A stretch of DNA of 64,000 nt. It comes from Zootoca vivipara. Lineage: Eukaryota. The stretch lies in assembly GCF_963506605.1 (NCBI RefSeq), contig NC_083288.1, forward strand, positions 48,112,001 through 48,176,000, read 5' to 3'. The translations under genes and the position numbers were made by a program. A model generated the notes under the pieces. It did no database searches. It saw nothing but the letters and a program-made list of their open reading frames with translations, and had not been told where the DNA came from. Positions 48,140 through 59,444 of this stretch are shown here, in pieces. The first letter of the stretch is position 1, and the number at the start of each line of letters is the position of its first letter.

Positions 48140-48253
48140 CTGCAGCAAGCACTTGCTGACGTCGCTGGCGCAGAGCGCCTTATTGCACCCATCCGCACGG
48201 GAGACCACAGCCCATGTGGCTGCCACCAAAAGGAAGGCCACACCGTGGGACAT
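48140..48253 (-). CDS. Twisted gastrulation-like paralog, coding exon 1 (signal peptide and start of N-terminal domain)
   Basis: MSHGVAFLLVAATWAVVSRADGCNKALCASDVSKCLLQ; CNKALCASDVSKCL is identical to TWSG1; exon acceptor at 48291/48292, donor GTAAAA. Confidence 0.95.
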
Positions 48254-48869
48254 TGCTACAATGTGGGGCGGTGGGGGGCGAGGAGACAGACCTGGAAGAA
48301 AGTGGAAGGTAAATGGTTACCTATGGGGAGAGGAACATCGATCAGGTGACAAAAGAATTGAGTAGCCCACAAAAATGTTTATTCGCCAGCTGCCCCACTG
48401 TACAGATACCTTTTGGGTCCTAAACAGATGTGGGGGGCTGTACCCCTATCAACACAGATTCCATAACACTTCCCTGGTGCCTCTTTAAGCATTACGGATT
48501 TAGTTCCTACAACTACAAAGTGGTTAAATTCACATTTCCCCCTTTCCTCTCTTATACTTTCCATCTAGATCTACTCTAACCGACCAAGGGATCTGTTGAT
48601 CTCTTCAGCCCCCCAGCTTTTCAATAGAGATACCTATGCTGTGGGGCAGGTCTCTTCTCTCCACTATAGGGACATGGGGGGGGGGGAGAGAGAAGCAGCT
48701 AATCTGGGGTAAACTAGTTACTAGTACATTATAAAAGCATCTTGGGGATTACATATCATGGGCTAAAGGAGCTAACACTCCCCCCGCCCTCAAGTAAATC
48801 CTAAATAAAACTGAGTACTGTAGTAACAGGAGGGATTACAAAGATGCAGTTCCCCCCCCCCCCAGTCAA

Positions 48870-49191
48870 GGTATGGACGTAGCCCGCGGCCAAAGACTCT
48901 CTCTCGACCTCCTCGGCATATATCCAGGCCTTTTCTTTTGACGGCGTGGGGGACATAGTGATGGCTAACAGTTGGGGAAAGTGCTCGCCCCCTCCCGCAT
49001 GCAACCAAGACGACGCGAAGAAGAAGAAAACTTAGTTAAGTGTCGATCGGCTTACCCGGAGAGGGGGGTGAAGTATGCGATCGGTGTATAGGGCTTTTTT
49101 TTTTTTAGGGTGTCCGGACCACAGTCGCCCCCCTCTCTCAGTCTCTGCCTGGTAGGAAAAGGAGGAGGGATCTGGAAGAAGGGAGGGCTAT
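48870..49191 (-). promoter_or_regulatory. CpG-rich non-coding first exon/promoter region of the TWSG-like gene (donor at 49056)
   Basis: CpG enrichment; minus-strand CCGG|GTAAGC donor upstream of the 48291 acceptor. Confidence 0.6.
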
Positions 49192-49430
49192 NNNNNNNNN
49201 NNNNNNNNNNNNNNNNNNNNNNNNNNNNNNNNNNNNNNNNNNNNNNNNNNNNNNNNNNNNNNNNNNNNNNNNNNNNNNNNNNNNNNNNNNNNNNNNNNNN
49301 NNNNNNNNNNNNNNNNNNNNNNNNNNNNNNNNNNNNNNNNNNNNNNNNNNNNNNNNNNNNNNNNNNNNNNNNNNNNNNNNNNNNNNNNNNNNNNNNNNNN
49401 NNNNNNNNNNNNNNNNNNNNNNNNNNNNNN
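49192..49430. other. Assembly gap (239 N)
   Basis: Run of N. Confidence 1.
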
Positions 49431-51018
49431 CAACCAGCCACTGATTTGGGCTTGCACCCAACTCTTCCAACTCTCTCCCCCCTCCAGAGGACCAAAGAGC
49501 AATCCTTTTGTTCCTTTTTCAAGGCTGCAGAAGAAATGAAAGAATGAAAGCAGCATGGATGGCACCAGGCGGTGGTTTGTTAAGGTTTCTGGGAACTGTA
49601 GCTCTGTGAGCGGTGAACTACAGTTCCCAGGATTGCTAGGGAGGAATTCGTGTGCTTTAAATGCATGGTGTGTTCTCAGCCTTTGTTCTCCATCCGATCC
49701 TTGCTAGGTACCGTGTTTCCCCCTTTTTAAGACACCGTCTTATAACTTTTTTTCCTCAAAAAAACACACAGTGTCTTATTTTCAGGGGATGTCTTTTTTT
49801 TAAAAAAAATTATTACTGTTTTTATTACAGTACTTGTAAAATACAGTATTACAACTTGTGGCGGGCTGGACCGTGTGTGTGCGCACACACACACACACAT
49901 ACACATACGCCCATGCCTTCCCTCCCTCCCCGCGTTCAGATGGAGCAGGCTGGGCTGGGGAGGGGGCACCCCGTCGACACTGGGTCTCAGCTTGCGCTGA
50001 GGGGCCGCAGCCACCCTGTCAGGAAGGGCCCCTATCCCGGGGTGTCCATGACCGTGCTGCTAATGTGCCACCGCCAAGCAGCACAGAGGAGTCCTCCTCC
50101 TCCTTCTCTTACTGCTCCTTCTCCCTCCTCGCAGGCTCTCTGCTCCGCGGCGCTGCTGGGCTCTCGAAGCGTTCTGCACTGCAGCAGCCGCCGGTTCTGG
50201 GCTGCGGAGAGAGCAGGCAGGGCGAGCACACGCAACCTGCGGGAATTGATGCGCTCCCGTCTGCGGCGCGTGCAAATGGCCCGGTAGGTCGGGTCTCCAC
50301 ACAAGGCGCCTTCGCCGCCGTAGCTGCAGGCTTCCCGCCGGGGCCGCCTGCAAAGCGCCGCGCCGAGGCTCCCCGGGAGAAGGCGTGCAGGGGCTGAAGC
50401 CAGAGGCAGCGGGGGGCATATTCCGGCCCCGGTGATGTCAGGCCTCCCCATGGGACCGGGACCGGGAACGGGACTGGGGGGGGGAATCTCGCTCAGCTTC
50501 GTCACTCTCCCGGACAGCAGCAGCAGCGAGAGGAGTGCACGCTCGTCCCTGGCGTCACAGCCTCAAGCGCAGGCTGGGGAAGAGGAGGCGAAGGAGGCGC
50601 GCTCAGTGCGGTGGGGGCTGAGGCATGGTGGAGTGCTCCGAGCCTCTGGGAGCCGGCAGGAGGAGGAGGAGGCTTGCCGGGTCGTCACCCAGCAGCGCGC
50701 GCAGAGCACCCCGAGCCTCCGGCAGCCAGCAGCAACAACAACAATCCCAGAGGCTCGGGGCGCTCCACGCACGCTGCTGGGTGACGACCCGGCAAGCCTC
50801 CTCCTCCTCCTGCCGGCTCCCAGAGGCTCGGGGCACTCCACCATGCCTCAACCCCCACTGAGCGCGCCTCCTTCGCCTCCTCTTCCCCAGCCTGCGCTCG
50901 AGGCCACGGTGCATGCAGCCGCCTGCTGCCCAGCCTTTTTGTTCTCCTAACCCCTCCGTCTTGCCTACCTCGAGCCTCACATTGTTCGCCTCTTCGCCCG
51001 CAACTCCATCCCGAGACG

Positions 51019-51108
<90 letters not shown>

Positions 51109-51411
51109 AGGAGAGGGTGAGGGTGGGGAGACAACCAGCCACTGATTTGGGCTTGCACCCAACTCTTCCAACTCTCTCCCCCCTCCAGAGGACCAAAGAG
51201 CAATCCTTTTGTTCCTTTTTCAAGGCTGCAGAAGAAATGAAAGAATGAAAGCAGCATGGATGGCACCAGGCGGTGGTTTGTTAAGGTTTCTGGGAACTGT
51301 AGCTCTGTGAGCGGTGAACTACAGTTCCCAGGATTGCTAGGGAGGAATTCGTGTGCTTTAAATGCATGGTGTGTTCTCAGCCTTTGTTCTCCATCCGATC
51401 CTTGCTAGGTA
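49431..51411. repeat. 280-bp direct duplication (49431-49710 and 51132-51411) enclosing a Tc2-like transposon end, GC-rich DNA and a hairpin
   Basis: The copies read identical; TA|CCGTGTTTCCCC...TAAGACAC begins at 49711. Confidence 0.85.
50560..50904. repeat. GC-rich inverted repeat, ~160-bp arms and 30-nt loop
   Basis: 50560-50719 pairs with 50750-50904 with few mismatches and one small indel. Confidence 0.93.
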
Positions 51412-52097
51412 TATAGGTCCTGAAACTTCCTTCTTGTTCGTTTTTTGTTTGTTTTTTTTGTTACGGTATTTTGTGTTGTTATTTTGTAATTATTTTGATG
51501 TGAACCACAGCCCTGCGATTTTTGGATGAAGGGCGGTATACATGGTGAATAAACAACACCTATAATTCTTTTTCCCCTCCCTGTGTTGCCAGGTGATGTA
51601 AATTGCCCAGTTCTCCTTCCCACCTGCTAGGCAGCCTTTCTCAGACTTGCGTCCCAGTTGTTGGACTACAACTCCCATCATCCCTTACCACTGGTCCTGC
51701 TAGCTAGGGATGATGGGAGTGGTAGTTTCGTTCAGTTCTTCATCAGCCAATTAGTTCAACAAACACTCATGAGTGGAAAGATGTGTAATTTCTTCAATAA
51801 CCAATCTTTTTTCGAATTGATATAATATACATGAGAATATTATGGCCACTAGAAGCCATTCCTGGGGTGCGGCTGCTGTTGTATACATGCAGCTTCCAGG
51901 AGCCATAGGTGAGAGCGGAGTGCAGGGTGGAGACCAAAAGTGGACAAACTACCCCAGAAGCATGATGTGTCCCCCCACCAGAGGTACTACCCCTCCCCTA
52001 ACATCCCATATACCATGCTCTGAATTGCTGGGAATTGCAAGTGAGGAGAATACTGTTGTGCTCAGGTCCTGCTTGCAGGCTTCCCACAGGCATCTGG

Positions 52098-52455
52098 TTA
52101 TTATAATAAGAATTTATAATCCGCCCATCTGGCTGGGATACCCCAGCCACTCTGGGCGGCTTCCAACAGAAAAAAAAAAATCAATTAAACATTAAAAGCC
52201 TCCCTAAACAGGGCTGCCTTCAGATGTCTTCTAAAAATCTGGTAGCTGTTTTTCTCTTTGACACCTGATGGGAGGGCATTCCACAGGGCGGGCGCCACTA
52301 CCGAGAAGGCACTGTGCCTGGTTCACTGTAACTTGGCTTCTCGCAATGAGGGAACCACCAGAAGGCCCTCAGTACTGGACCTCAGTGTCCGGGCAGAATG
52401 ATGGGGGTGGAGACGTTCCTTCAGGTACAGTATACTGGACCGAGGCCATTTAGGG
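52098..52455 (-). mobile_element. L2 LINE 3' end
   Basis: YLKERLHPHHSARTLRSSTEGLLVVP and a GCCGCCCAGAGTGGCTGGGG tail; tail-only copies at ~41415-41550 and ~56920-57035. Confidence 0.75.
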
Positions 52456-52533
52456 CTCATGGTTGCCACCGTGAGAAGAAAATGCTGGACAAAATAGTTT
52501 ACTGCCCTGATCCAGCAGGCTCGTCTTACATCC

Positions 52534-52865
52534 TTGTTGTTGTTTAGTCCAGGCATCCCCAAACTTTGGCCCTCCCGATGTTTTGGACTACAATTCCCAT
52601 CATGCCTGACCCCTGGTCCTGTTAGCTAGGGATCATGGGAGTTGTAGGCCAAAACATCTGGAGGGCCTCAGTTTGGGGATGCCTGGTTTAGTTGTTTAGT
52701 TGTGTCCGACTCTTCGTGACCCCATGGACCAGAGCACACCAGGCACTCCTGTCTTCCACTGCCTCCCGCAGTTTGGTCAAACTCATGTTGGTAGCTTCGA
52801 GAACACTGTCCAACCATCTCGTCCTCTGTCGTCCCCTTCTCCTTGTGCCCTCAATCTTTCCCAAG
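52534..52865 (-). mobile_element. Bov-B 3' fragment with a 136-bp hAT MITE (52550-52685) inserted in its tail
   Basis: [36 protein letters not shown]...VHGVTKSRT; MITE TSD GTTTAGT(C/T). Confidence 0.85.
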
Positions 52866-55778
52866 AGGTATGCAAATATAACGCGAGTCCGAGACTTTTC
52901 ACAGTCTTTTTCACTGTTTTATTTATTTGGTTTTTCAGTCCAATTGCTTGTTTTGGTCACTTACAAACATTAATGTAAACTTTTGTTCACTGCTGCTTTT
53001 CATTGTCACATTATGGAACACACCAAAAGCATATATCACTGATCCAATCTCTGCCCAAGCCTAGCGTCTTCCCTCTGTCCAGACAAATAGTCCATTTGCC
53101 CCAGAATCTTCTGCCTGGGTTGGAATAGGGAGCAGATGGCACCCAGTAATTAGAGGTGATTTTAGGCAGCTGGCTTTCCCCAATCATTACACTATGGTGG
53201 AGGAGAAAAAAATGATGCCATCAGAAATCTATTCTATATTTTGGAAAATGGATTGTCTGTTTTCTGTCGGTTCAGATACGACTCGAGACATCATCACCAA
53301 ACTTGTCATGAAGACTCCTTCAGTCTTCATTCGATATCTGGATGCCAGTCACCATTTCGAATCAAGATGGTGAAGCAGAACATGACTTTGCCTGATTTTT
53401 GGTGTGATGGGCCCAAACTCACAAGTTGCACTAGCCATTTGAAAGTCACAATATTTTGGGGTTTCTGCAAGTTCCCAGGCAGCGCCAGATACTCCTCATT
53501 AGTATAAAGAGGCTACCTATTGCGTCTTCCTATGAATAAATGGAGGCCTGCTTTTCCCTTAAACACCAGCCAGGTCACTGCAATTTTCTGGAAAAGACCC
53601 CACCTGCCTGACATGTGCCACATGTTCATTTAGCTTCTACTTGAACCAAGAGCAGTAGTACATCATAAGGACTGGATTAGGCCAAGGCTTCCAGTGTAAT
53701 GGCACTGGTATTTTAGAGCATTGCTCCTATAGCAATTAGGCAGGCACATACAATTCTGATGTTCTCTCAGTGCTGAAAACATTTGTTGTGTCAAACATTT
53801 TCAGAGACTTAATTCTGCTAATTGTTGGTCTTTTGGTTTTGTGTTTTATGTTGTTTTCATATTTTATTGTAGTTTTCGGTTGCACATTTTTTGTTGTTGT
53901 ACACAGCTGCACTGCTTTGCTCATGAGAGAACGGTTTGAACTGCTTGTAGGCACCTAGAACGCACCTAGAACAATGACCGAGTCACGCAGAGAATGGATT
54001 ATTTTTGCACACATCGGAATAAATATTTTCAGGTGCAAGAGTGAATAATGCTTTCAATCGTAAGAGAATAAATTCATCAGAATTTTGAGAAACACTATTG
54101 TGGAGTCTTCAGTTGTTAGGGGTCTTGTGGGTCATGGAAATTTCGAACTTTAACCCATTTTTTCATTAAGGCTTACTCCCCGTGCATTTCAACCAAAGCA
54201 TGGATGGTATCAGGGGACACCACTGTAAACTACCCTGGACACCATTTTGGGGAGTGCTGCTTCTACACAAGACATTATTATTATTTTCTGCAACATGAAG
54301 ATAATGAATTTGGCGCAAGTGTTCATTACCCCCCCCTAAACACACAGATCAGGCAGCTACTCTCTGCTTGATCAGTGAAGTGATCTCACAATGACATATT
54401 GAAACATGCGCAAGGAACCAGTTCAGAACACACGAGTTGAAAGAACAGCAGTACAATTACATGTAAACATTCATACATTCCACATTTCCCATGTATTCAT
54501 GCAAGGAGATGCGGGTGGAATTAGCATGTGTGAACAAATCCTCAGGATGAAAGCTCATTGTTCTCAGTGCCACCCATAATCTGTTTGACGGACGAGGAGG
54601 AGATCCACCTCTCAGTGACGGTATATGGCAGTGGATCTTTTGTTTCACAAGAGTTCAGTCTTTTTCACCTTACTCCGAGGCCGGAATTTCCTCCTTTCCT
54701 CCCTCACGTATGTGTATTTAGCTTACTCTTGCTCAATCTCATGAAAAGGCACCTGCGAGACCCCAACAAAGGGAAGGGATCTCTTGATGATCCTCAAGAT
54801 TTACAGATGTTGCTTAGTTACATGGGGTGGGGATGGTACTTTGAAGGCTAGCCTCTTTATGCAGATTTTGTTCAGTCTCAGAGAGCCCCCAGTGTGGAGT
54901 CTTGAGTTCAAATCCTAGCTTACACCAGATTCAAGTCGCTCTCTTAGGACCTCATTTCCCCTAACTGTAAAATGAGAACAAAGGGCCGGTTTGCCTGACC
55001 TTTTTCTGAATATTTCCCATTCAATATATTTGCTTGGTGAAATAGATTGGTGAAAGCACACACAGCTAGATAGCAAGTTAGTATATTGTGGGAAACAGAG
55101 TATGTGGTGAACGTTACTGCCCTACCGTACTTCAGAGACTGATTTTTGAATTTGTCAGATATCACTCAGCTAGAAACTCCATAGCAGACTTTGACCTGCA
55201 CAATGTCATGCTAGGGAGCCTGGGAGCAAACCCAAATCATCTGCCTCAAACCTTTGCATACATCTGCTATATATATTTTGGAAAGTTGTTTGCTACGCAT
55301 TTGGACGCTTCTTAAGAAAAAGTAACTGAAATTTGCATAACGGCTCTTAAGATCAAGAAGCAGGTTTCTGTCTATATTTTGATACAGTGGGGCGCCATTT
55401 TGAATCCAGATGGCGGATGGAAACTTTCGAGAATGTGCTGAATTTTACCGCGTTTTGCCTGATTGTTCCTGAGATCAATGAGCAGTTTTTGGCCTATGTT
55501 TTGATACCGTTGGGTGCCATTTTGAATCAAGATGGCGGACTTTCAAAACTGCACTGATTTAAATCACTGATTGCAAAACTGTACTGATATTTTGGGTTCT
55601 TTGAATTCCCAAGTGTTGCATGAGACCTCTGGCATATTGATAGTTGCCACCCACACTATTCATAGGGCTCAAGGCAAGTACCCTGAATACAGACATTTGA
55701 CAAGTCCCCCCTTCTGCTCTGTTCTGTCCTTTGGTTCCCTCCCTTCCTCCTATCTTACTGGGATGGCTCTATGTTCCC

Positions 55779-56258
55779 CTAGAGGAAGTGTATCCACCCT
55801 GTCTCACAGCAATCGGCAGTGGGGCTGGGGGGCTCATCCTCCTCATCCACACAGGGTGGAGGCCTCAGGCAATAGTTGCGGCCTTGGTTGTTGTCCCAGA
55901 ACTCTTCTGCCCCCACAAGGTAGCAAATTGCAAACTCTAGGACAACCCCGGGGACCAGCGGCGTGAGCAGCGGAAGGCGGAAGGCAAAGCGGTCGGCGTG
56001 GTCCCGATCCCGGCCTGCAGGAGCGGCGTAGGATGCCCGAACTTCGTGTTGCGTAGCCCAAGAATCCCAGGTGTATCGCAGGGAGACCCGTTTTTCATAG
56101 GCCAAGTTGAGGACCCGGATGGTGCCGGATACACAGGAGCCTTCGGCCCGGGCCCCTTCGAGGAGAACGCACTGCGCCAGGAGGCGCGGTAAGAAATCTG
56201 GCATGGACAGGGGGTCTGGGAAGGTGGGCTCCAGCAGGTATCGCAGACTCAAAGGATC
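55779..56258 (-). CDS. PPP1R3E: PPP1R3E coding exon 2 (CBM21 glycogen-binding domain)
   Basis: GTIRVLNLAYEKRVSLRY, ADRFAFRLP, EFWDNNQGRNY, GWIHFL*; CAG acceptor, phase 0. Confidence 0.95.
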   Translation of the reverse strand, partial: DPLSLRYLLEPTFPDPLSMPDFLPRLLAQCVLLEGARAEGSCVSGTIRVLNLAYEKRVSLRYTWDSWATQHEVRASYAAPAGRDRDHADRFAFRLPLLTPLVPGVVLEFAICYLVGAEEFWDNNQGRNYCLRPPPCVDEEDEPPSPTADCCETGWIHFL

Positions 56259-56989
56259 CTGGAGAGACAAAGGAAGAGGGGAGTGAGAATTGTGGAAGGG
56301 CCATGGCTCAGAGGCAGGTCACAGGTTGCTGGAGACAAAGTTGATATGTTTGATTAGAGAAAAACCATTGATGAAATTTATTATTGTTAACAACAACAAC
56401 AACCCCTTTTGGAGTTTTTGTGTAAAAAAGAAAATGAATCAAAGACATTTGGGTTGGAAGATTGGGAAAATGTTACCTAACAGATAGAAGATCAGTTGGA
56501 TGTCATTCTAGAGTGAATATATTTTGACTAATTTCTTTTATGAAACTGACAGACAGAAAATCAAAAGTCCTTTAAATTTATTCTCTTCTCTTTTTTTTCT
56601 ATTCCCCCCCCCCTTTTCCTTGGGTGTTTTCATTTCTTTTTCTCACCTTGTTTTTAAGGGATTTTTAAATGTTTGATGTTTTATCATGTTTTTAATATAG
56701 TGGTACCTCAGGTTAGGAACTTAATTCGTTCTGGAGGTCCGTTCTTAACCTGAAACTGAGGTACCACTTTAGCTAATGGGGCCTCCCGCTGCCGCCGCGC
56801 TGCCAGAGCACAATTTCTGTTCTCATCCTGAAGCAAAGTTCTTAACCCGAGTTACTATTTCTAGGTTAGCGGAGTCTGTAACCTGAAGCATCTGTAACCT
56901 GAAGCATCTGTACCACTGTATTCTCTTGGGAGCCGCCCAAAGTGGCTAGGGAAACCCAGCCAGATGGGCGGGGTATAAATAATAAATTA

Positions 56990-57035
<46 letters not shown>

Positions 57036-57793
57036 TTCTGGCATTTCCCTGTTTGTCTGGGAAAGATTTGAAACCTTGGTGACCCACTGCCAGTCAGTGT
57101 AGACAAGACATAAGATAAGATGGACTAATTGGTCTAACTCTGTATAAGGCACCCTCCCTGTGTTCCTAATTAGAAAATGGAGCATGTGAAGGACTATTTG
57201 TGTGTTAGGGGGAAAACAGAGGGGGAAATGGTGAGTGGGAACAAACCATGAGAATTTAGAAAGAAAAGACCAAATAAGATGGAAAGAGAAAACATTATAC
57301 AGGATATACGGTATGACTACATAAATTTAAACAAGTGAAAAGAAAACAGAAGGAATTCTAGAGAACGCAGGCAGAGAGAGACTAAAAGCTGGCAGGAAAC
57401 AGTGTGTGCCCATGTGGTAAAGTGGTTTGAATGTGAGACTTGGACCTGGAACCTGCGAGACTCGGGTTCAAGTCCTCACTAGGCCAGGAAGCTCCCAGGG
57501 TAGGCCTGGGTCAGCCTTTGTTTCTCAGATTAACCTTCTTCACCCGGCTGTCATGGGGATAAAATGGGATATAATAAGCACATGACCAAGTAAATAAAGA
57601 GGAAAGGAATTCTCGAATCAGGTCAGGAGGACCAAGAAGAAGGAAAGTCAATGGATGGGAGGTGAGGAAAAGGGGCAATAAAGATGAAAGATAAAGATAC
57701 TGGCTGGCCAGCAGAAAAAGAACAGGAGGAAAACAAGAGAGAGAGGTGGAGGAAGAGGGTGAGAAAGAGAAAGAGAAAGAGAAAGAGGAGCGA

Positions 57794-58031
57794 GGCCACA
57801 TTTGCACCATACATTTAAGACACTCTGATACCTCTTTAAACAGTCATGGCTTCCCCCAAAGAATCCTGGGAACTGTAGTTTGTTAAGGGTGTAGAGAGTT
57901 GTTTGGCAGCCCCTATTCCCCTCATGGAGTTGCAATTCCCTAAAAACGGTAGCTCCCAGAATTCTCTGAGGGAAGCCACGACTGTTTCAAGTGGTACCAT
58001 AACGCTTTAAATGTATAGTGTGGATGCGGCC
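57794..58031. mobile_element. Palindromic MITE-like element
   Basis: Arms CACCATACATTTAA...TTAAATGTATAGTGTG; related pieces at ~5710-5830, ~49570-49670 and ~58035-58180. Confidence 0.55.
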
Positions 58032-58347
58032 CTTTAAAGCACGTTCTTTCCCCTCAAAGGATTCTGGGAACTGTAGTCGACCCCTCACAAGAGATACAAT
58101 TCCCAGCGACCCTTAACAAACTCCAGTGCCCAGAATTCTTTGAGGGGAAAGGAATGTGCTTTGAATGTGCCTTAAATGTACAGGTCACACAGGGAAAAGG
58201 AAAGAAGTCAAGGGGGGAGATGAAGGGGTGGGACAAGGCGAAGAAGAGAAGAGACTGGAGATCCAAGATGGCAGCGTGTGGAGAAGGGAAGGGCGGGTGG
58301 ATGAGGAGGCAGGCAAGGTGGAAAGCAAGGGAGGCGCTGATGGATCC

Positions 58348-59444
58348 TGTTATAGAAAATTATATGGGGGGGGGGGAGCAGGACACCATTATTAATGAAC
58401 AGAGAGGGGTGACAGCTGCAATACCCAGAATCCTGTTCAACGCCATCTTCCCAGTCTCCGCTCTGCTTCAAAGACCTTCACCCCTCCTGCTTGGACGCAA
58501 CCCTGCCTTGAGGAAGGCTTAAGGATCTGCATATGCACAACAGTTAGCATAAGCTCACACATTTCCCTTCTCCACCTTCCCCTCTGCCCCGACTCCTTTA
58601 GATTATCACTACAGAACCTTTTGCCTTAAATTATGCTAGATTCTCTCTGTATTAGAATTGCTGTCTTATTCATGACGTATGCTAGGATCTCTCTGTATTA
58701 TAATTGCTGTTTTATGTCCCAGAACCTTTATATACCAGGAGTCCAGGACTACTACCTTTTGCATAGAATTCTCTGTATTAGATATGTCTCCTGTAAAAGG
58801 AAATGCTGCATAACCCGTGCATGACCCCAGCCCACCTGAACCTTGCCCCATCGCCATCCTGATTCAAAAGACACACATGGACAAAGATGGATTAACTGGG
58901 ACAGTTTATTCAAACCTCCAGAAGTGTCACCTTTTACATAATCCCAGGGATCATCCTTGCGTGACCTGGGGGAAAACACCTGCCGGATGGACCCCAACCC
59001 CTCAGCAATCGCCAGGAACGGCCCCACCTCAACTCCCATCTAGACTGATCAAACAAAGGGAAACCCATCAGCAATGGAGGAGAACAATTGACATTTCACC
59101 ATATGAAGAAATAGTCGTATCAACACCCAGTTAATCCCATCAGCACCCATTTTCCTTGTCTTTCCCGTCCCTCCCAGTCCAGGGATTTCCATGTGGGGAC
59201 AGAAAGGTATAAAAGGGAGATTCACCATTTCCCGGGGTTCCTTCCTACATTCTTTGAGGCAGGGACCCTACCGCTGTAGTTCTTTCTTTTCTGTAATAAA
59301 AGGGATCAGTTTGTTTTTCCTGACAGCATCGTGTGGTCTCTGTCATTTCCCGGCGGAGCTGAACTTAGGGCAAATTTTGGACCTTCCGACCCGCGTCTGT
59401 CCTTCCTAAAAGGCTGCGCATTTTAGGGGCAATTTTCCATAACA
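58348..59444 (+). mobile_element. Solo ERV LTR (1097 bp), TSD ATCC, antisense in the PPP1R3E intron
   Basis: TGTTATAGAAAATT...AATTTTCCATAACA inverted termini, 4-bp TSD, TATAAAA ~59208, AATAAA ~59295, U3 direct repeats ~58632-58790. Confidence 0.9.

Noticed and set aside
49052-49565. ORFs spanning the N run
   Set aside because: Artefacts of the assembly gap.
50032-50505. 157-aa ORF with RRRRERINSRRLR resembling a bHLH basic region
   Set aside because: No helix-loop-helix continuation, non-ATG start, and long ORFs occur in several frames because of the high GC content.
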